From NCBI RefSeq assembly GCF_009834535.1, contig NC_045697.1, positions 73,720,001 through 73,784,000 of the forward strand: a stretch of 64,000 nucleotides of DNA, written 5' to 3'. Position 1 is the first letter of the stretch; each line of letters begins with the position of its first letter. This stretch comes from Camelus ferus (Eukaryota). Position numbers and translations under genes: made by a program. Shown here in pieces: positions 1 to 12,366 of this stretch. The notes below the pieces were generated by a model. That model saw nothing but the letters and a program-made list of their open reading frames with translations, was not told the DNA's origin and did not search any database.

Positions 1-367
1 GTGTTTTAATTCCAAGTTAATTTTTTCCACTGTACCATATTTCCTCACTCCATCTCCACCATCTCTAATCTATTCATTTCTTAGCCAGCCTAGCCTAGCC
101 AAAGAATGAATTCTTACCCAGCTTTAGCCAATCTCAGAAAGCCTGATTTCCCAGAACAACTCTTTGAGACCCACTTTCTTTCTCTTGGACAGTCTCGGGT
201 TTTCAAAGAGAAAGAGAGAGAGAAGAAAAGAAAGAAATAGGAGTTGTGAAGAAATTACATAAGAGGAAGTTCACAGGAGTGGCTGATTAATGTCATCCTT
301 CCTTATGAATCCCAAGGGTCTTCAGTGTGGTGACCCAGGCTCCCAGGGCCAGCCTAGTTGCTCACTA

Positions 368-696
368 ATTCTCAACCTTTGCTCCACATTAGAAATGCCT
401 GGGGAGGTTTTAAAACTCCACATGCCGGGATGGAGGGTGGCAGGGCACAGAGTATGACTCAGTGGTAGAGTGTGTGCCTAGCATGCACAAGATGCACAAG
501 GTCCTGGATTCAATCCCCAAGACCTCCATTTAAACAAACTAACAAACAATCTAATTACCTCCCCCACTACAAAAAAAATTTTTTAAAAAACCTCCCCATA
601 CCCAGACCAATTAAATCAGTATCTCTGAGTAGGAAACCCAGACGGCAGGCTTGTTAAGGTTTCCCAGGTGATTCAATGTGTAGAATCACTGCTCTA
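368..696. mobile_element. MER5A-like hAT-Charlie MITE, split by a SINE
   Basis: Left half ttctcaaccttt..cacattagaa..cctggggaggttttaaaa; right half cccagaccaattaaatcag..cccaggtgattc..agaatcactgctcta; both match remembered MER5 motifs. Confidence 0.75.
427..590 (+). mobile_element. tRNA-Ala-derived SINE (vic-1 type), long form
   Basis: ctcagtggtagagtgtgtgcctagcatgcac..gtcctggattcaatcccc..acctcca, then ctaattacctccccc and A-rich tail; degenerate TSD aaaactccacatgcc/aaacctccccatacc. Confidence 0.9.
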
Positions 697-1035
697 ACAA
701 GCCATATGTTAGTTCCTCGCCCAGACTCTAAGGCTGATCAGCTGGGGGATAAGCTTTGTGGGTGGGAGTCAGCTTGGTATTAGAGAGGGCAGTTTTTTTT
801 TCAGCAATGTAAAAAGTTCAATTTAAGCAGCCACTCAGTAAGGCATAAAGTCACACTTTAATTTTAAAATAAAGCCTCTGACTTTATTGGATCAACCTTT
901 GCTGCACTTCCAGATTTTTTTTTTCTCTTTTTCTGTTTCATACAATTGTAGAGCTAAAGCCATAATGCTAATGGGATCAATACTGATCATCGTTAGAGGT
1001 AGATGTCACACCTTTTCTTAACAGTCTTCAGCTGA

Positions 1036-1140
1036 GGGGGAGGGCTATACCTCGTGGAGAGCACATGCTTAGCACGCACGAGGTCCTGGGTTTAATCCCC
1101 TGTACCTCCACTAAAAGAATTGTTTTTAATTAAAATAAAA
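1036..1140 (+). mobile_element. vic-1-type SINE, short form
   Basis: ggggagggctata..gagcacatgcttagcacgcacgaggtcctgggtttaatcccctgtacctcca plus tail; TSD agtcttcag at 1023-1031 and 1141-1149. Confidence 0.9.
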
Positions 1141-1639
1141 AGTCTTCAGTGAACCTGTGGAGTTGGAAAAACAAACAAACAAACAAACAAAAAAACTGTT
1201 TGCTCCCTTCATCTGTCTGCTAAACTGCTTGCCTGATCCATTGGTTCTTCTTTCTACTCCTCCAGACCAGCACTCCTATGAAGCCTCACCTAAAGGACGA
1301 CCTGCATGGAAGAAATCTTGGAAGGCTTTATAGGAGAAGCACTTGCCTGGTCAGTGTTTATCTATTCCACTCAAGAGAAGAATTGCTTGAGTGTTATCAG
1401 CTGGCTAAGACCTGGATCACAGAAACGAGTTAGGAAGGCAGCTCATAGAGAAGAGAAAACACAGAGGTGGGAAACCGTAACACATGTTTGGAAGCCCATG
1501 ATACTACGTTGAAACAACCTGAATACACGGCTGAGCATTTCTCTTTGATTCCAGGTAAGCAAACTGGACTGTGTTTTAGATGTGTCTGAATGAATGAGTT
1601 CAGAGAGGCAGCAGGTGTAAGGAAAGATAGCAGGACCTG

Positions 1640-1850
1640 AAGTAGTGTTCAAACCTGATCTGTCACTAACTAGCCCTAATCTATGTCCTCACGGGCAGTT
1701 TTTAAATCTTCCTTCACTTCAGCTTACTCACCTGTAATATTAATAATAATAATACCTGCCTCACGGGGTTGTTTTAAAGATTAGTGTTTTTGCACGTAAG
1801 TACCTAGTATGGTGAGTGAGAATAGTGGACCTTCAATAAATAATTGTGGC
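1640..1850 (+). mobile_element. MIR SINE fragment
   Basis: ttcaaacctgatctgtcactaactagc..ttcagcttactcacctgtaa..ataataatacctgcctcacggggttgtt..gattag core motif. Confidence 0.7.
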
Positions 1851-3164
1851 AACAGGAAGAATCACCATAGCAATCGTATCCACAGCCACAGTGGTCATTA
1901 TTGGAGCATCAACAGAGAAATAATTAGCTTATACACCAAACCAAAAGCTCTCACTTCATTGTCTTCTGTTTTTAGGTTTCTTATTTTGTGAAAGCTTGAG
2001 TAATATTCATAAGTGTGGAACTGAAGTTTACAGTTATAAACAAAATTTCTTTTAAGAATGTCCTTTTAATTTCTGGTTTTAAGGTACTAGAATGATAGGA
2101 AGTTTAAGACAACATTTTTCAGTCCCTGAATCAGTGAGACCACATTGATCAAGGGGTCTCTGGTGTTTAAAGCAATGAGGAAAAAAGAGATCCATTCTAT
2201 AATACAGTGTACAGAAGTAGAGAAATGAGTATAAAATGAAAGAATATGAAATCAAGAGAAACTTCTTGCCAAATATATGAAGAAATAACTCATTCTTTAG
2301 CAGAGTGTCTAGTAAGGAAAATAATGACTGAGTGCAACTGGGCAAAAAGGTTTATGAAAACTTCCTCCTGTGGGTTGTGAGTCTATCAGACAAAATATCA
2401 ACAAATACATAGATTACTTTCTAGATCAAATAAAAGTATTAAATAGTTATGTGGCCTTAAGAATGTTTCTTAATCTCTCTGAGCATCAGGGTTTTTTTTA
2501 ATTAGTAAAGTTGGAATAATAATAATGAGAGATTATTGTCATATATGTGAAATTAATAGCCAGTGGTGCATGGAAAGCACTTAATGTAGTGCCTCCATCA
2601 CTTTGTTGTTGTCGTCTATTATTTTTATCTCAGCTGCTAGGATTAAAATGATTTAGTTGAAAGATTTGAAGACTTATCAGGAAATAATGACCCGGCTAAT
2701 TTTCAATACCTGAACCTGTCACAGGATTAAAATTTCAGATAGATTACAGGCTCCTGGGGTCCTCACTTCTTAGTTTGTTCAGTAGGAATTCTAAACTTAA
2801 AGTATTTAACAGGAGTTCTGGGTTTAATCAGGCAAGGCTAATTATGGTAAGGGATGATACCTGATCACTTTTTATGATTTTTTTCCTGCAAAATTTTGAT
2901 CAGAAAGCTGTGTAACAAAGAGTTTTCAATGTCTAACAATGGGAGATCTTCCCTAATTAATCACCAAACTTGCCTTATCATATCCCCGAACAACATTTGG
3001 GGAGAAGTTAAGGGACATGAAGCACACAGATGTGTACGCTAGAATGCAGTTTGCCTGTCAGGGCACTCATCCTTAAGCAGTGACCACAGCAGAATTTGCA
3101 AAGGGCATGGTAAGCCTTTCTGTCTTATTCACTTATTGGCTGAATATTTCCTAAGCATTTAGGA

Positions 3165-3610
3165 GTGACCAGCTGCTATAAGAAGCAACCTCAAAATTTC
3201 TTTGGTTTTATACTATCTGATTTAGTTCTTAGGCACAAAGTCAAATCAGACATTCCTGATCTGATCCTGAGCAGCCTTCATCCAAGCAATGATGAAATCC
3301 CAGCTATTTCCATGGGTGACTTGCCATGTCCTAGGGTCTTTTGAGTCCTCTGCTCAATGTTTTACACTCTGCCAGACAACAAGCAAAAAGATACCTCAGA
3401 AAGTTGAGTTCCTGACACCTCAGCTCCACTTCAACTCAGAATAGATTCACATCACTTCTGTCCCCAGTGCATTAGCAAGAACTAGTTACGTGGCCTCACT
3501 TAGATGCCAGGGAAGCTAAGGGAAGTAGACAGCCACTTCCCAGAAAGAAGTCTACACTGTGGAAGGGAGGGGTATGACGCTGTCCTTCTCAGCCAGCCAT
3601 TGCTGCCATA
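3165..3610 (-). mobile_element. MLT1 (ERVL-MaLR) solo LTR, degenerate
   Basis: gctgctataagaagcaacctcaaaat..cacatcacttctg..cattagcaagaactagttacgtggcc..agatgccagggaagct motifs. Confidence 0.6.
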
Positions 3611-3714
3611 AGCACCCAAATGCTGTGGATAGATCAATTTAAAAAAATTAAATCCTTCTTGTCACAGAGCTTACAGTCTAGTTTATCTTTAATTAGGAGC
3701 TCCCTCCTAATGGC

Positions 3715-4195
3715 TCAGTGTGCTGAATTGCCTTTCATCAGCTTTACCCTCATCCCTGTCTACACTGTAGAACTACGTGTCCCAGAATCCCTTTCCAGTA
3801 TTGTTCAAGGTTAGAGCCTGCCAATGAGACAGTCACAAAGATTTTAAAGAGAAGAAGCCATTTCTCTCAGTAGCAGCTGTTTGCAGGCAGATGAGATCAC
3901 TGTTGGCAGCGCTCTTTGGCTTTCAGTGCTTCTCCCAGGAATCACCTGCTATAAGCAGGCAGCTGAGATCATCAACAGAAGCTTCCAGTGGCTCCAGCCA
4001 TCCTCCTGAGAATAACCCACTTGAGTTCTCTGTGCAACTAGGATCACTGATAGTGACCCTCCAGCAAAACTACACTTTCAAATTTGCTGAATAATAACCT
4101 TCCAGACTTTCTCTCCCACAGTAATTCCAATGTTCTGGATTAATTTTATTCCTACACAAAATACTAAGTGATTTCTGTTTTCTGACAAAACCTGA
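3715..4195 (+). mobile_element. ERVL-class LTR (LTR33-like)
   Basis: gaactacgtgtcccagaatccctttccagtattgttcaaggttag motif; ends gtgatttctgttttctgac..cctgaaca; shares motif with 51520-51950. Confidence 0.5.
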
Positions 4196-4412
4196 ACACA
4201 CTCAAGATTAAAAAGTTCAGCGCATTTATTCAGTAATTCAAGAACTATTCTTCAGTGCCTGATACATGCCAGGGTCTGTGCTAGATGGTAGAGAATACAA
4301 TTTGTGAGGCCTAATAGATAAAATTCTGCTTTCATTGTGCTTATTTGTAATAATCTCACTGAGAATCACATTTTATTATTCTTTTTTTAACAACTTATTT
4401 TAGAATTTCACA

Positions 4413-4536
4413 TTTTTATTTTCATTTATTTTTTATTCTTTTTGGAGGTGAGGGCATAATTAGATTTTTATTTATTTATTCTAATGGAGGTCTTATGCTT
4501 GCCAGGCATGCACTCTACCACTGAGCTATACCCTCC
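4413..4536 (-). mobile_element. vic-1-type SINE, long form, T-arm/B-box deleted
   Basis: ggcatgcactctaccactgagctataccctcc head; taattagattt 3' segment; T-rich tail. Confidence 0.85.
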
Positions 4537-5082
4537 TGCAAGAAACATGTTCTAAAACATAATAAACAAATAAATTCTGACAAGTGCTTTAAAGAAAAAC
4601 TTTAGGATGCTAAGAGAGATGACTTTTTTCAAGAGAGGTAAAAGTTGAGATGAGGGAACTCCCACCACAGTCATCAAATTAGAAAGAAAATCAAGAGTAG
4701 CTCAATACTACGTTACTAGTCAAAAGAAATTTGGCAGAATCCTTGGAAGAATATGACTAATCAGATGTCTTTAGTGCCTCTGAGTTGTAATGATGAGATA
4801 TATCACAACTCGGGCCACAATTTGTTAAGGTCACAATATCATCCAGGGGCAAGAAACCCTACTTTGTTTTTATGTAGTAGGAAAAAATATTTTATATGAT
4901 GTGTATGGATTTTACCTTTGTGGATATTATCACAAGAATTTCAGATATCAGTAAAATAAAAATAATTGGTTATAAATACAACTTTAATATATGTAACTGT
5001 TGGAATTTTAGAGTAAAATTCATTAGAGAAGGATTAAATAAAACAAAGTAGACAATCCTGATCAAGAAAAGGTGATGTTGTA

Positions 5083-5190
5083 GGGGGAGGGTATAGCTCA
5101 GTGGTAAGAGTGCATGCCTAACATGCACAGGGTCCTGGGTTTGATCCCCAGTACCTCCGTTAAAAAAATAAGAATAAGAAAATAATTTTT
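5083..5190 (+). mobile_element. vic-1-type SINE, short form
   Basis: gggggagggtatagctcagtggtaagagtgcatgcctaacatgcacagggtcctgggtttgatccccagtacctcc plus A tail. Confidence 0.92.
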
Positions 5191-5724
5191 TAAAGAGGAG
5201 AGATGATATTTATAGTCTTCCTACACATTAATTCCATTTGTCAGTCAACAACTAAAATGCTTATTCATTTTATGTTTTATAAACTAGATTAGAGAAAGAA
5301 CATCATTCATTGTTGGGTTGTGTACTAATCACATAAAAATTGGAAAATATAATTATGTGTTCTTTTTCTTGTAGTATTAATACTAATGTTAACATAGTTA
5401 ACAATAATTAATTAATATTCTATTAGTAGCTTAGAAAAAGAAAAAAAATTGTGGATAGGTAACTATAACACTCCACCCTAACCACACGTAGAACATTTAA
5501 AATGTTTATAAAAATCTGCTTGGTTCTTTATATCTCTTGTACCTCCAGAGATAGGCCTTTTAATTTACCTGTTTGCAATCTTTGAATGCAATCAAGGAGA
5601 TCTTTGTGCCTTCTGTCCAGCAGTTCAAAGCTCAACATCTGGCCAGTCTAGCTGCCTTGACATATGATGTTATTGCCCAGAACCAGAGTCCAGCTGTGTT
5701 CTTTGTAAACAAGCTTTAGCATAT

Positions 5725-6390
5725 ATTTATCATTCAAAAAATATTTATTGAGTACCTTATGTATGTTGGTCCCTGGAGATATAACTGAAGAGGACTTTGA
5801 TGATCCCTATCCTTACAGAGCTGGGAGTGGGAGCAGGGGTGGGGGAGGAGGTGGAGGTACCAGGAGGAAGTGGAACAGCCATTAAAGGAAGTACAGGGGC
5901 AACTAACCCAAACTTGACAGATCTGAGTTTACCGGAAGAAATGCCTTCTAACCAAGGCCTAAAGGATTCCGAGAAAATTATCTTGGCACAGAAAAGTGAG
6001 AAAATACTCTTGAAAGAAAGAACAGCCTTGGGGAAACTCAGAAGTAAGAGAGACCTCAGCAGGTATCCTTTTGGAGGAACTGAGAAGAGTTGAATGTGGC
6101 TGGATTTTAAAGTAGTGTTGAGTGATGTGATAGATGAGGTCAGAGAACTAAGAAGGAATCGCTTTTACAGGAAATGGTAGGCCATAAGAGAGAGTTTGGA
6201 CTTTAAGAACAACTTGGAGCCTTTGAAGGGTGTAAACTAGGGGAACAGCAGGATCAATTTTGCATTTTGAGTATTTCATTCTGGCCACCATGTGGAGAAA
6301 GGAAAGGAAGGGGAGAAAGATGGGAGGAGGAAGAGCAGGAGCCATATAGAAGGCTATTGACATAATTCAAATAAAAACTCTAGGCACTTG
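5725..6390 (-). mobile_element. L2 LINE 3' fragment
   Basis: cattcaaaaaatatttattgagtacc tail motif; gagtttggacttta..ggagcctttgaagggtgtaa..gatcaattttgcattttgag..ctggccaccatgtggaga. Confidence 0.75.
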
Positions 6391-7209
6391 AATCTGTAGC
6401 AGTAAGTCTTTTACTGAATTTACTGACCACTACATTTGGAATTGGTTTCCTGACTTCCCCCTCACAGTCCTTTCTAGATGTTAAAAGTCCTACTCCAAAT
6501 TAGTCTCCATAGCTGAATTTCTACTACGTGATACGAAATATACTTGAATGTAATTGACTGCCAAGCTGTCCCTCTGCTGATTGCTTAACCACGTGTTTCC
6601 CAACCCTGCCATGCTCTATCACCTCCTGGGACCTAGACTTCTTGCCTACTGCAGACCTTTCCCTAAGTAACTCCTGCTTAACTACTTCTTATTTTCTGAT
6701 GCTAAGACCCTTCAGTTGGCTGTCATTCCTTTGTAAAACTGTCTGCTCCTCAGGTCTTCACCATGTTTTCCTACTCTCCCCATGACCTAAGCTCCAATTA
6801 AAACAGTAGCAAAAGTGTGGACTCTGAGATGCATTGATATAGATCTTAGAACATTGTACCTGCCCCCACCTACAGTCCTGAGACTGAGGTCTGGTGTCAT
6901 AGAAATCTTCTCAGCCCGAATTTAATAGCTATTTTGACCTGAATTGGCAAATTCATCTTTTGAATATTATGAGAGCAATTACAGGTTTACAGACGCATCG
7001 ATTCATTCATTCAGTACTCACTGAAAGTCAGTCCTATGGTGAGAACTTTGCTAACCTCTGAAAAGGGTAAAAAATGTTGAATGGCACGTAATTCTTCCTT
7101 CCAAGAAGTTAGCAAGGTGGCTAGGAAGCCAGAGGATATGAACACTGAACGTTTAGCTAGTGATATAAGATATTTAATTAACTCAAGACAATAGATACCA
7201 ATTTAATTT

Positions 7210-7410
7210 GAATGCTTACTATATGCCAGGCTCTGTGCCAAATGCCTGACATGTCCTATACTTTTTAATTATTATAATAATCCTTCAAAGCAGAAGGTAT
7301 TATTCCAATTTTTCAAATAAGAAAATAAGACTCAGGGAGGTTGGGTAAGTAGTCCAAACTGATACAGATGGCAAGTGGTAAAAGTAGATTCAGTCCCAAG
7401 TCTGTTTTAC
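7210..7410 (-). mobile_element. MIR SINE
   Basis: gaatgcttactatatgccaggctctgtgccaa..tattattccaatttttcaaataagaaaataagactcagggaggtt. Confidence 0.75.
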
Positions 7411-7954
7411 TGCTTTTACATGTACTCATATGCTATGAATTCTTGCCTTCTAATGCCCGTGAATCATTTTATATCCAGTCTAAAACCCATTATGTTCACT
7501 TAAAATATGTTCTGGAAAGGATATTGTGGGATGAACAAAGACAAGAATGGCAGAACGCTTTCAACTTTTATGGTAACTCCAGTTAATTTACTGTAGCTGA
7601 CTGAAATACCGTCTTAAGAGAAGTGATTTTAGCTGAAATAACCTATAAAAGGATGTTGAGGCTGCAGTTGAGTTCAGTGGGAAAGAACACCATCTTTAAT
7701 TTGGGATGTCTACCCTGAAGTCAGAATAGAGAAGTGGTGACACTGAGCTGTGCGAGTAGCTGTCCCTGTGCTAGGAATTCCACAAGACCTCAGCCATCTA
7801 TGACTGCCTGATAACAGTGAGGACTCAAACGAGTTTTGATATCATGTATCTGTCCTGAGCTAGCGTCTTACCATTCTAAATTGTCACTGCATTTGTATCC
7901 AGCAATCCAGAAAAAAAAAAAAAAGAGAGAGAGAACTATGGGGAAATAATAGAC

Positions 7955-8452
7955 CAAACTGGCATTTCCTAATATGGCAGCCATTTAACTACATGTGGCT
8001 TTTGAGCACTTAAAATCTGGCTAGTGTGACGGAGAAACTGAAATTTTTATTTCACTTAATCTTAAGTAATTTAAATTGAAATAGGGGATACTCTATTTGG
8101 TTATTGAAAATGTTTAAATATGTTTAAAATAACTTGGATATGTGATGCCACTTTTTAGCCATTACATGTGTTGAAATCTAAAAACAGATCAAGTAATTTC
8201 AATGGAAATTAACATTCAAATTCAAATGTGCTATAAGTCTAAAATACTAACTGGATTTTAAAGATTTAGCCCACAAAGAAAGTAAGATATTTAGTAATTA
8301 TTATTTTGGTTATATGTTGAATATTTTGGATATATTAAGTCAAGTACATATTCAAATCAATTTTACCTGTTTCTTTTTTTCTTATGCAATTAACTAGAAA
8401 ATTTTAAATTCCGCATGAGGCTCACATTTTATTTCTACCAGTCAACATTGGA
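7955..8452. mobile_element. hAT-Charlie DNA transposon derivative (MER3/MER33/Charlie1-like)
   Basis: aatatggcagcc..acatgtggcttttgagcacttaaaatctggctagtgtgac..ctagaaaattttaaatt..atgaggctcacattttatttcta. Confidence 0.75.
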
Positions 8453-10254
8453 CCAGACACCACAGAAGATCACAGGGACAGGGGAGGGGAGGGTGGGAAT
8501 GAAGTCAGTGCTGATTTAATTGTACATTCAGGTAGGTGGTTGTTCTGGGTCAGTGTTTCTCCTTTTTGTTGTTGTTGTTATCATTCCCTGAGATGCCTTT
8601 TTAGACGTTTTTCTAGTTGCCCTCCCCATGAAATTTGACAACCAAAGATACACTGTATTGTGCGTATATACTGTGGCCCTTTTGGAGGGACCACAAACCA
8701 TTCTAATATCTGAGATGCTCTTGCCCAGGGTGTACTTAATAGCTTGGCCCTTTAAGGGTGATATTGCTTCCACTGAGAATTCATGTGCTATGTGAATTGG
8801 GGAGAGCTAAGTGACTAGAGGTCCTAGTGAGACTAAGTGGGGACTTCAGACAGTGTGAAGCAATGACAAATAGGGGGTTATGAGTGAAGTGGGAAAGGAG
8901 TAAGTTGAAGAATAGGAGGTAGAGGTACTAGAGTGAGGATCTCATGCAGGGCATAAAGAATTGTGATTAGTGCCCACAATTATCCAACACAGTTTTTCTT
9001 TGTCTATACCTTTGCATTACACATTTTTCTAGATAGGTACAACTTAGGGTAACACCTAACTCACAATAATGTCAATTGTAAAATGAATACAGATCATCAA
9101 TACGAGAGGTATTGGGTATGTCACTAATATCACTAATGCCTCCCATACAGATGCCAATTCTGTAATTTGAGATGAAATGAGAAATTTATAAAGCATATAT
9201 AGCATGTGATGGCTTCATTCCTAGGTTTTGGAATCTAACAAAGCAAACACTGCCCCATCATGAGTTCCTTCCTGATTTTGGCCTCCCTCTCGTCTTCACT
9301 ACTCACGTACCTGTCAGAATGTAAAATGAGGAGGTCGTACCCCAAGATGCAGAGAAAAGGTAGAGCAGTGCAATTTTCTGTAAATGAAGATTCATGTAAG
9401 TAAAATGTATTTCCATAGGATCCATCTTATGAGGTGATTCCCTGTCACTTATCTTATGAGGCGAATATGCCACCTCCTAGATATTGTCAGTGATTTTCCT
9501 AAAGCATATAGAGTATAAGCTTGGAACTTATATGTCAGGAGATAATAACGTAATGATAAACAGACAAGGAAATCTGCATTAAGTCTTAGGTGATCAAAAG
9601 AGAGGTGATGAATAGGTATTTTCCAGGTTTTTCCTGCTACTGTCCAAGGGCACAGGTACCCTAGCCAACTGACAAAGTAGTCATGTTTTCTCAGCAGATC
9701 AGTCCTTGTAACTTAATGAGTATCACAGCTTCATGACAATTTAAAAGCATCATTAACTTGTTTTATCCTGACTCGAGCAAATTTCTGATTTGAATTTAGC
9801 TGCACAAATAGGCCCTTCTGACGAGAAAGACCCGTCAGCTGATCAGCTGTTTTAAGTTTTCGCACCAGGCAGTAGTGATATTTTTCACTGAAAATTTATT
9901 AGCTAGCATTTTAGATTTTAAGTAAGTCCATTGGATACACTCAAGATGTAGTATTATAAATCAAAACCCGTAAATTCCTCCCACTTTTTCCTGCTCCTTT
10001 ATGCCCTACCTGCATAACTAGGGGAGAAGGGGGAGGCTCTCACCTAAGCTAAGTCCTGGGAATTTTTCTGAGAATTCTTGCTCTCCTTGGTTCCTGCTTT
10101 AAGATTAGTCATCATAGCCTGTCACTTCTCCCGTGCAACATGCGTGCGTCACCATGACTACTATCTTCGTCTCTCTTCAATCCTCCCCAACTTCTGTAAA
10201 AGTCTCTCTACCACCTACTTATTGTTCCTTCAAATCAATTATTGCCTTCAACAG

Positions 10255-11100
10255 TATCATGTTAACCCCGGCTGTCATGGCTAAAGTGAATTAGGCCAAA
10301 AAAGAGAAATTATTGGCTCAAGTAACCAAGAATGGTAAGAGTGGTTCTGGCCTCATGGGTCTGTAGACTCAAACCTCTTGTAAGGTCTCTTTTTCTGTCC
10401 CTCACCTCTGGTTTCGTCAATATATTGGCTCCATTCTCACCTTCTGCTGACAGACTTTCTCCACACGTTGAGTGTGGTGGACATGGAGGTGCACTGGCCA
10501 AATTCCCCCTTCCAGAAGGGACTTGCTGCCAACTGCAAGGGTGCATGAGCCAGCAGCCGCCACCTGTCAGCTCCTTTTAGGTCTGCCTCCACTGTGGAGG
10601 GCCACCTTGCTGTAGGTCACTCCTTTCCCACAGTAGCACACCGCTGGTCACAAAGTGAGGCTGGCCAGCCACCTGAGGCCCAGAGCTCCCTGCCGGCTGG
10701 GCTGGAGCTTTGTCAGACCTGCATCACAATTCCACCTCTCCCTCTGCCCAACAGTATATCTTTTCCTTTCCCTTTACAGGGTTGACCCCTAAGAAACACC
10801 TGCACCCCAAACTCCATATCTGTCTGCCTCCAGGGTAGCCAGCCTATAATAACGGGTTTCCTGGCCTAAATGACTGAGACTTCCAGAATCCCATCTCCAT
10901 GATGCCAGAATCAGAGTTCAGCCTCCCCATCCAGCTCTGGTTAGCACAGTCCTAAGGATGGATTCTGATCGGCCCTCCTTGATCCACACTTCATTCTCAG
11001 GGGTAATTACCAGGGCTGTGGAGTCTTGGGTTGTGTGACCCCAACCACAACCACATGGAGGGAGAAAGGAAGAGTTATCTCAAGGAACAAAAAGGTTGTC
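10255..11100 (-). mobile_element. MLT1 LTR interrupted by an LTR16-like element
   Basis: aaaaaagagaaattattggctcaagtaacc..; resumes ..ggattctgatcggccc..ccaaccacaaccacatgga. Confidence 0.55.
10473..10852 (+). mobile_element. ERVL LTR16-like solo LTR
   Basis: Starts tgtggtggacatggaggtgcac; ctgcatcacaattccacctctccctctgcccaa; aaacacctgcaccccaaactccatatc. Confidence 0.7.
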
Positions 11101-11302
11101 CATTGTAATCTTCCATACATTCAACCGAGGGCTCTTTCTAAAATACAGATCTAAATCTGTTTTTTCTTTGTTTAAACATGATCAACTTTCCCCCATGCCT
11201 TTAGCAGAATATTGGTGGAAAACATTCACAATAACACATGACTCTTTAAGTGACACAGATACAGCAAAACATCCCTCATTTCTGTGGGCCATACTACTTA
11301 GG

Positions 11303-11650
11303 AATACTTTCTGCCTCAAATGGGGATTGCATTTTGCATAAAAAGATATCCAGAGGAATGCAGTTGCTGCCTTTCGTTCAGCTGCTCTGATGCATCAGGG
11401 CCCGCCGACATCTTGGCTGTCCTCATGGCTTTTCGTTTGTGGCTGCAACATGGCTGCCAAGGTTTTAGCCACCATGACCTCAATTAAGGCAGGACAAAGA
11501 GGGGAGGAAGGAGGCACACCAAAGCTTTCCCAAAACCATCCCCCCACACAAACACGCTCACACAAACTCCACCAGTTTCTACTAACAGCTTATGGGCCAG
11601 AAATGAGTCACACAAAAACCCCTAGCTGCAGGGGAGATGACTGAGAAAGT
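11303..11650 (-). mobile_element. MLT1 LTR fragment
   Basis: ggctgcaacatggctgcc..atgggccagaaatgagtcaca..cctagctgcaggggagatgactgagaaagt. Confidence 0.55.
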
Positions 11651-12366
11651 AAGGAAGACTCTGTAGAAGTCATAAAGGGTTGGAATTTAAGCTAGCTTAG
11701 AGGCAACGTGAGAACAAGAGAGGGTAGCGAGCTGACAATAAAAAGGTGGTAGAATGATAGAATTGTAGATTCCAGTGAGGCAAAGGAGTTGTGGGGACCC
11801 AGTGAGTCATGATACCAGAGGAGGAACCTGGAATGGAAGGAGGTGGTAAGCAGAGAGTTAGAAAGCTTGACCTTGACATGGTAGAATTAATTGAAGTTAT
11901 TTGTCATGACAAGGTATGATTTAAGGACGTAAGAGACAGGGGCTCAGTGTAACAGTGAATAGAGGGCAGGAAACAAACCTGGAGACACCTCTGACTTAAC
12001 AGCTTTTACAGATCAAGCAAGTACCTGCCACAGAGTGGACACTGGATAGATAGATGAGCAATCAACTGACTGACTTCCCCCTCAACATTTATCTGCTATC
12101 TTGACATCTCTCCTGAGGATGGAGACCCTCTTGTCAAATAGCTTTTCCCTCTCCAATGTCCTGTGTGTGCCCAGTGTCACCACACTAAAAGTCAAATCAT
12201 AATCCCTTAGTTTTGAGCACCCCTCCCTCTCTTATGCTCTCTGGTTAGCTAAGTGTATCCATTTCTCTCGACCAGAAATCTGGGAGCTGTCCTTGACTCC
12301 CCCTCTTTCTCAATGTCTACATCTTACCAGTTACAAGGTTCAAAAATGTTCTTAGAATTGTCTTTA

